From the NCBI GenBank assembly GCA_902478365.1, contig CABSKX010000001.1:21342-85341 (forward strand): a DNA stretch of 64,000 bases, written 5' to 3'. Made by a program: the position numbers and the translations under genes. This document shows positions 60,033 to 64,000 of the stretch, one piece after another. The notes beneath the pieces are model-generated. The model saw only the letters and a list, made by a program, of their open reading frames with translations, did not search any database and was not told the origin of the DNA. Origin of the DNA: an uncultured Collinsella sp. (lineage in GTDB: Bacteria; Actinomycetota; Coriobacteriia; Coriobacteriales; Coriobacteriaceae). Each line of letters starts with the position of its first letter. Positions within the stretch are counted from its first letter, which is position 1.

Positions 60033-61520
60033 ATGTCCACTACCGATGCTTCCCAGATCCACGACCTGCGTTCCGCGCTCGACTTTTTGCGTGAGATGCC
60101 GGGCCAGCTGCTCGAGACCGACACCCAGGTCGATCCCGATGCCGAGGTCTCGGGCGTCTACCGTCACGTCGGTGCTGGCGGCACCGTCATGCGCCCGACC
60201 AAAGAGGGTCCGGCGATGGTCTTCAACAACGTCAAGGGCTTTGACGACGCCAAGGTCTGCATCGGTATGCTTGCCAGCCGCAAGCGCGTTGCCGCCCTGC
60301 TCGACCTGGACGAGGAGCACCTGGGCCTCGAGATCGGCAAGCGCTTCGAGAACCTGATCGCCCCCGAGCAGATCGCCGAGGGCAAGCACGTCGACTGCCA
60401 GGAGGTCGTGTACAAGGCGACCGACGAGGGCTTTGACCTGCGCAAGATCGTTCCCGCTCCCACCAACACGCCCGTTGACGGCGGCCCCTACATCACCATG
60501 GGCCTCGCCTATGGCACGAGCCCCGATGGCACCCAGTCCGACGTAACCATCCACCGCTTCTCCTGCGTCGACAAGGACAAGCTCGCCATGTGGATCACCC
60601 CGGGCAGCCGTCACCTGGGTGCGTTCTTTGACGAGTACTGCCAGCGCGGCGAGGATATGCCCATCTCCATCTCCATCGGCCTGGACCCCGCCGTGTACAT
60701 GTGCTGCGGCTTCGAGGCTCCCACCACGCCGCTCGGCTTCAACGAGCTGCAGATCGCCGGCGCCCTGCGCGGCCGCGCCGTCGAGCTTGCCGACTGCGTC
60801 ACCGTTCCGCAGAAGTGCATTGCCAATGCCGAGTACGTGCTCGAGGGCTACCTCATGCACGACGAGACCATCAACGAGGATGTCAACGGCCACGGCTACG
60901 CCATGCCCGAGTTCCCCGGCTACACCGGTGGCGCCAAGGTCTGCCCGGTGATCAAGATCACCGCCGTCACCACGCGCGTCAACCCCATTATGGAGAGCTG
61001 CATCGGCCCTTCGCACGAGCACGTGTCCATGGCCGGTATCCCCACCGAGGCCTCCATCTACAAGATGGTCGAGACCGCTATCCCGGGCCGCCTGCTCAAC
61101 GTTCACGCCGCTCCCTGCGGTGGCGGCAAGTTCGTTGCCATCATGCAGTTCAAGAAGTCGAGCAAAAATGACGAGGGCCGTCAGCGCAACGCCGCCATGC
61201 TCGCCTTCTCGGCGTTCTCCGAGCTCAAGCACGTCATCCTTGTCGACGAGGATGTCGACATCTTCGATATGAGCGACGTGATGTGGGCCATGACCACGCG
61301 CTTCCAGGCCGACGTGGACCTCATCACCATCCCCGGTTGCCACTGCCACGTGCTCGATCCGTCCAACGACCCCGCGTTCGATCCTTCGATCCGCGAGCAC
61401 GGTATCGCCTGCAAGGCCATCTTCGACTGCACGGTTCCGTTTAACCTCAAGAAGAACTTCATCCGCTCGCAGTTCATGGAGATCGACAAGGACAAGTGGG
61501 CCGCCGAGCTCGCCTTCTAG
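60033..61520 (+). CDS. UbiD family (prenyl-FMN dependent) decarboxylase, LpdC/aromatic-acid decarboxylase-like
   Basis: The ATG at 60033 follows AAGGAG. It is about 495 aa. The N-terminus reads LRSALDFLREMPGQLLETDTQVDPDAEVSGVYR...AMVFNNVKGF. Confidence 0.85.
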   Translation: MSTTDASQIHDLRSALDFLREMPGQLLETDTQVDPDAEVSGVYRHVGAGGTVMRPTKEGPAMVFNNVKGFDDAKVCIGMLASRKRVAALLDLDEEHLGLEIGKRFENLIAPEQIAEGKHVDCQEVVYKATDEGFDLRKIVPAPTNTPVDGGPYITMGLAYGTSPDGTQSDVTIHRFSCVDKDKLAMWITPGSRHLGAFFDEYCQRGEDMPISISIGLDPAVYMCCGFEAPTTPLGFNELQIAGALRGRAVELADCVTVPQKCIANAEYVLEGYLMHDETINEDVNGHGYAMPEFPGYTGGAKVCPVIKITAVTTRVNPIMESCIGPSHEHVSMAGIPTEASIYKMVETAIPGRLLNVHAAPCGGGKFVAIMQFKKSSKNDEGRQRNAAMLAFSAFSELKHVILVDEDVDIFDMSDVMWAMTTRFQADVDLITIPGCHCHVLDPSNDPAFDPSIREHGIACKAIFDCTVPFNLKKNFIRSQFMEIDKDKWAAELAF

Positions 61521-61553
61521 TAAGTAGCCCTACCAAGTAGTTAAGGAGTTGTC

Positions 61554-62132
61554 ATGCCTGAGTCTTCTGTTCGTCCCCGTCGCATTGTCGTTGGCGTGTC
61601 TGGCGCCAGCGGTGCGGCACTGGGCCTTGAATGCCTCAAATGCCTGCGCCAGGCCGGCGCTGAGTCGGCGCTTGTCGTCACGCGCGGGGGAGAGATCACC
61701 ATCGAGCAGGAGCTCGGCATGACGCTCGACGAGTTTGCGTGCTATGCCGATGTGGTCTACGACAACAAGAACATTGGCGCTGCCATCGCAAGCGGCACCT
61801 ATCCGGTCGACGGCATGATCGTGGCTCCCTGCTCCATGAAGACGCTCGCCGGCATCGCGAGCGGCTACAGCGAAAACCTGTTGCTGCGTGCGGCCGATGT
61901 GCAGATGAAAGAGCAGCGCCGCCTGGTGCTTATGGTGCGCGAGACGCCCTTCAGTGCGATCCATGTCGACAACATGGCACGCCTGGCGCGCGTGCCGGGT
62001 GTCATGCTCATGCCGCCCATGCTCACGTTTTACAACGGCCCCGCCACGCTCGATGAGGCGGTGCATCACATCGCCGCCAAGGCACTCGAGGCCGTCGGCG
62101 TGTCGTGCGCCAACTATAAGCGCTGGTCATAG
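61554..62132 (+). CDS. ubiX: UbiX family flavin prenyltransferase
   Basis: Sequence RIVVGVSGASGAALG...VAPCSMKTLAGIASGYSENLLLRAADVQMKEQRRLVLMVRETP. RBS is AAGGAG. Confidence 0.9.
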   Translation: MPESSVRPRRIVVGVSGASGAALGLECLKCLRQAGAESALVVTRGGEITIEQELGMTLDEFACYADVVYDNKNIGAAIASGTYPVDGMIVAPCSMKTLAGIASGYSENLLLRAADVQMKEQRRLVLMVRETPFSAIHVDNMARLARVPGVMLMPPMLTFYNGPATLDEAVHHIAAKALEAVGVSCANYKRWS

Positions 62133-62165
62133 GCATCTTTAGGGTAGGATACGAGTAGTGTTTGA

Positions 62166-62195
62166 GCCCGCTGCCCCTGTGGGCGGCGGGCTTTT
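62166..62195 (+). terminator. rho-independent terminator after ubiX
   Basis: Stem gcccgctgcc / ggcggcgggc, then tttt. Confidence 0.7.
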
Positions 62196-62223
62196 CGTGT
62201 CAAAGGGTGTGTCGGGAGGACCT

Positions 62224-63090
62224 ATGCAGACGGGTATGTATGCGATTAGCGAGATGGCGAGCTTGTTTAACGTTTCGCGCCAAACGCTCATCTACTACGA
62301 CAAGATCGGTCTGTTTAAACCCGCCGTGGTTAACGAAAAAGGCTACCGTTTCTATTTGCCCACGCAGATCCCGCTCATGCGTCTGATCTGCATGCTGCGC
62401 AACTTGGGACTGGAACTCGATGAGATCGATCGCCTGACCTCGACGTTCGACATTGGAGAGATGACCGATCACCTGCGCTCGCGGGTGCAGGCGCTCGACG
62501 AGCAGATTGCCGGGCTCAAAGCCGAGCGCGCGAGCGTGCAGGAGCGGCTGAGTTTTTACGACGAGGCGGTCTATTGGCGCGAGCGCGAGGGCAAACCGGA
62601 GCTCAAGCAATTCGAGCGCCGCTACGTGGTCTTTGAGGAGTTCCCGAGCGATATCGAGCGTGGCCGCTCGATGCTGCACCCCACGCTCATGCGGGCGATT
62701 CTGCGCATGCGTGCGCTCACGGGCACACGCCCCATGCGCGGTTGGGGCGCCATGCTGCGTTGCGAGGCGCTGCATTCCGACGACCCCATCGCCGGTGCCG
62801 GTTCCTTTGCCGTGTTGCCGCGTGGTGCCGAGGAAATACTGCCGAGCGATCCTGCCGAGCTGGCGGAGATTGGCGTCGAGGTGCTGCCCGAGGGCACGTA
62901 CCTGTGCATGAGTCGCTGGGGCATGCCGTACGAGCCCGAGGGTATCCGCGCCATCGTGGCCTGCATGGACAGGCACGCGCTCCAGCCCATCGGCAATGCT
63001 TTCGATTTTTGCTACCTGGACACCACGAGCTACGACGAGTCTCACCAAGAGGACTTCTGCTGTATCCAAATCCCCGTCGCCCTCAAATAA
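62224..63090 (+). CDS. MerR family transcriptional regulator with C-terminal effector-binding domain
   Basis: HTH region is YAISEMASLFNVSRQTLIYYDKIGLFKP...KGYRFY, followed by a coiled-coil linker. The ATG at 62224 follows GGGAGGA. Confidence 0.8.
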   Translation: MQTGMYAISEMASLFNVSRQTLIYYDKIGLFKPAVVNEKGYRFYLPTQIPLMRLICMLRNLGLELDEIDRLTSTFDIGEMTDHLRSRVQALDEQIAGLKAERASVQERLSFYDEAVYWREREGKPELKQFERRYVVFEEFPSDIERGRSMLHPTLMRAILRMRALTGTRPMRGWGAMLRCEALHSDDPIAGAGSFAVLPRGAEEILPSDPAELAEIGVEVLPEGTYLCMSRWGMPYEPEGIRAIVACMDRHALQPIGNAFDFCYLDTTSYDESHQEDFCCIQIPVALK

Positions 63091-63159
63091 CTTGCGGTGA
63101 AATAGTCCCTAAATAGCTCGAGTGGGCGTGCAAACAGGAACTATTCCACCGCAACTTCG
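63089..63159. repeat. 70-bp hairpin element, GTTGCGGTGAAATA family (copy 3, with compensatory stem changes)
   Basis: Sequence aacttgcggtgaaatagtcc...ggaactattccaccgcaacttcg. Confidence 0.8.
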
Positions 63160-63193
63160 ATGCGACAAAGGAGCAGTCCCTTTATCGCATTCC
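63159..63193. repeat. palindrome of the GACAAAGGG family
   Basis: Sequence cgatgcgacaaaggagcagtccctttatcgcattc, abutting the hairpin element. Confidence 0.85.
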
Positions 63194-63266
63194 GTGCGAG
63201 CTCCAGCGCCATCTGCGGGTATAAGGCTAACAAGTGTTTATTTGCGAGGCCTAAGGGGCGCCCCGT

Positions 63267-64000
63267 ATGGATATCGATAACTTTGAATGGTGGTATAGCG
63301 AGGGCGAGGCTCCGGACGAGGAGTGGGACGAGCCCGCGTCGCGTGACGTGTCGAGCGACGAGGACGAGACCGGCAACGATGCCGCTGTCGAGCCTGATGC
63401 CGCCTCCGATGCCGCCGAGCCCCTGACCTTTGAGCAGGCTTGGGCCCAAGCCGAGGCCGATGAGGCTAAGGCCGATGCCACGGCCACACTCGGTGAGCCG
63501 GCGGACATGTCCATCTCGCCGGCAAAGATCCCGCAGCCGCGTCACACCATCGACCCCGACAGCACGGCATCCTTCAGCATTCTCGACGTGCCCGCGCAAG
63601 GCGCCCAGGCGCCTGCGCCCACACATCGCCCCGACCTGGCTCGTGAGGAAGACGCGGGCCGCCGTTCTCCGCTCGGCCCCATCCTCATCGCCTTCATGGC
63701 CGGCGTTATCGCCTGCTCGGCAATCGGTAGCGTTTGGAGCCATGTCGAGCAGCAGCGTCAAGACGCCGCCAAGGTCGAGATGTCTGTCGAGCAATCGCTC
63801 AGCCGCACGCGCTCGGTACATGTGTCGGTCGAGGTCAAGGACGGCGCGATGTGGGACACCGCGCGTGGCGACAGCCAAATGCTCATCCACATCGTGGGGC
63901 GTACGCTCAAAGGGCAGACGATTGACGAGTATCAATACGTCAATTCCGCTGGTGACGGCATCGAGCTCAAGCCCGGCGACTACGAGCTCACCGTCGACGA
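63267..64000 (+). CDS. hypothetical membrane protein, 3'-truncated by the window edge (acidic N-terminus, one TM helix, extracytoplasmic domain)
   Basis: It is not in the ORF track because no stop is reached. Hand translation from ATG 63267 is open to the window end: MDIDNFEWWYSEGEAPDEEWDEP...GPILIAFMAGVIACSAIGSVW... Confidence 0.55.
   Translation, partial: MDIDNFEWWYSEGEAPDEEWDEPASRDVSSDEDETGNDAAVEPDAASDAAEPLTFEQAWAQAEADEAKADATATLGEPADMSISPAKIPQPRHTIDPDSTASFSILDVPAQGAQAPAPTHRPDLAREEDAGRRSPLGPILIAFMAGVIACSAIGSVWSHVEQQRQDAAKVEMSVEQSLSRTRSVHVSVEVKDGAMWDTARGDSQMLIHIVGRTLKGQTIDEYQYVNSAGDGIELKPGDYELTVD

Noticed and set aside
58301-60124. 607-aa minus-strand ORF
   Set aside because: It is antisense to the anion permease and the start of the UbiD gene. 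Its translation is highly charged and repetitive (HG/DD/RR), with no family resemblance.

Overview
High-GC actinobacterial chromosome segment. Spot counts of single 60-nt lines give about 65-73% G+C in housekeeping genes. Gene content and repeat style suggest Coriobacteriia, possibly Collinsella-like, but that is inference only.

I can support about 45 protein genes, one tRNA-Ser(UGA) and the SRP (4.5S-type) RNA.

Coding content:
- Cell-envelope genes: a sortase fragment, LCP, an LtaS-like sulfatase, and a very large LAXTG-anchored surface protein.
- Three paralogous heterodimeric ABC exporter pairs. Two are headed by MarR genes.
- Kup next to an N-terminally truncated KdpD plus KdpE.
- Housekeeping genes: cysE, ilvE, rlmKL-like, tex, transaldolase and a pyridoxal-family kinase.
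- A LysR-controlled SDR/MFS/Gfo-Idh-MocA cluster and a sensor diguanylate cyclase.
- A lower-GC islet with two DUF4143-type AAA ATPases flanking an LMW phosphatase.
- A prenyl-FMN (UbiX/UbiD) aromatic-acid decarboxylase cluster.

Most interesting observations:
1. An LpdD-like chaperone is fused to an IDI/Nudix domain beside UbiX and UbiD.
2. The giant surface-protein gene is split by a frameshift at a (GT)4-G4 tract. It is preceded by a BIME-like array of alternating 14-bp half-sites and bracketed by roughly 65-bp inverted repeats.
3. At least five small interspersed repeat families populate the intergenic regions: a 33-bp perfect palindrome, a 70-bp hairpin element, a 165-bp MITE-like element, REP/BIME-like half-sites, and 110-130-bp nested palindromes.
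4. A TadA-glycerate kinase fusion ORF.

No CRISPR array, transposase, integrase or recognisable defence system was found. Many long ORFs in the supplied track are antisense artefacts typical of GC-rich DNA.
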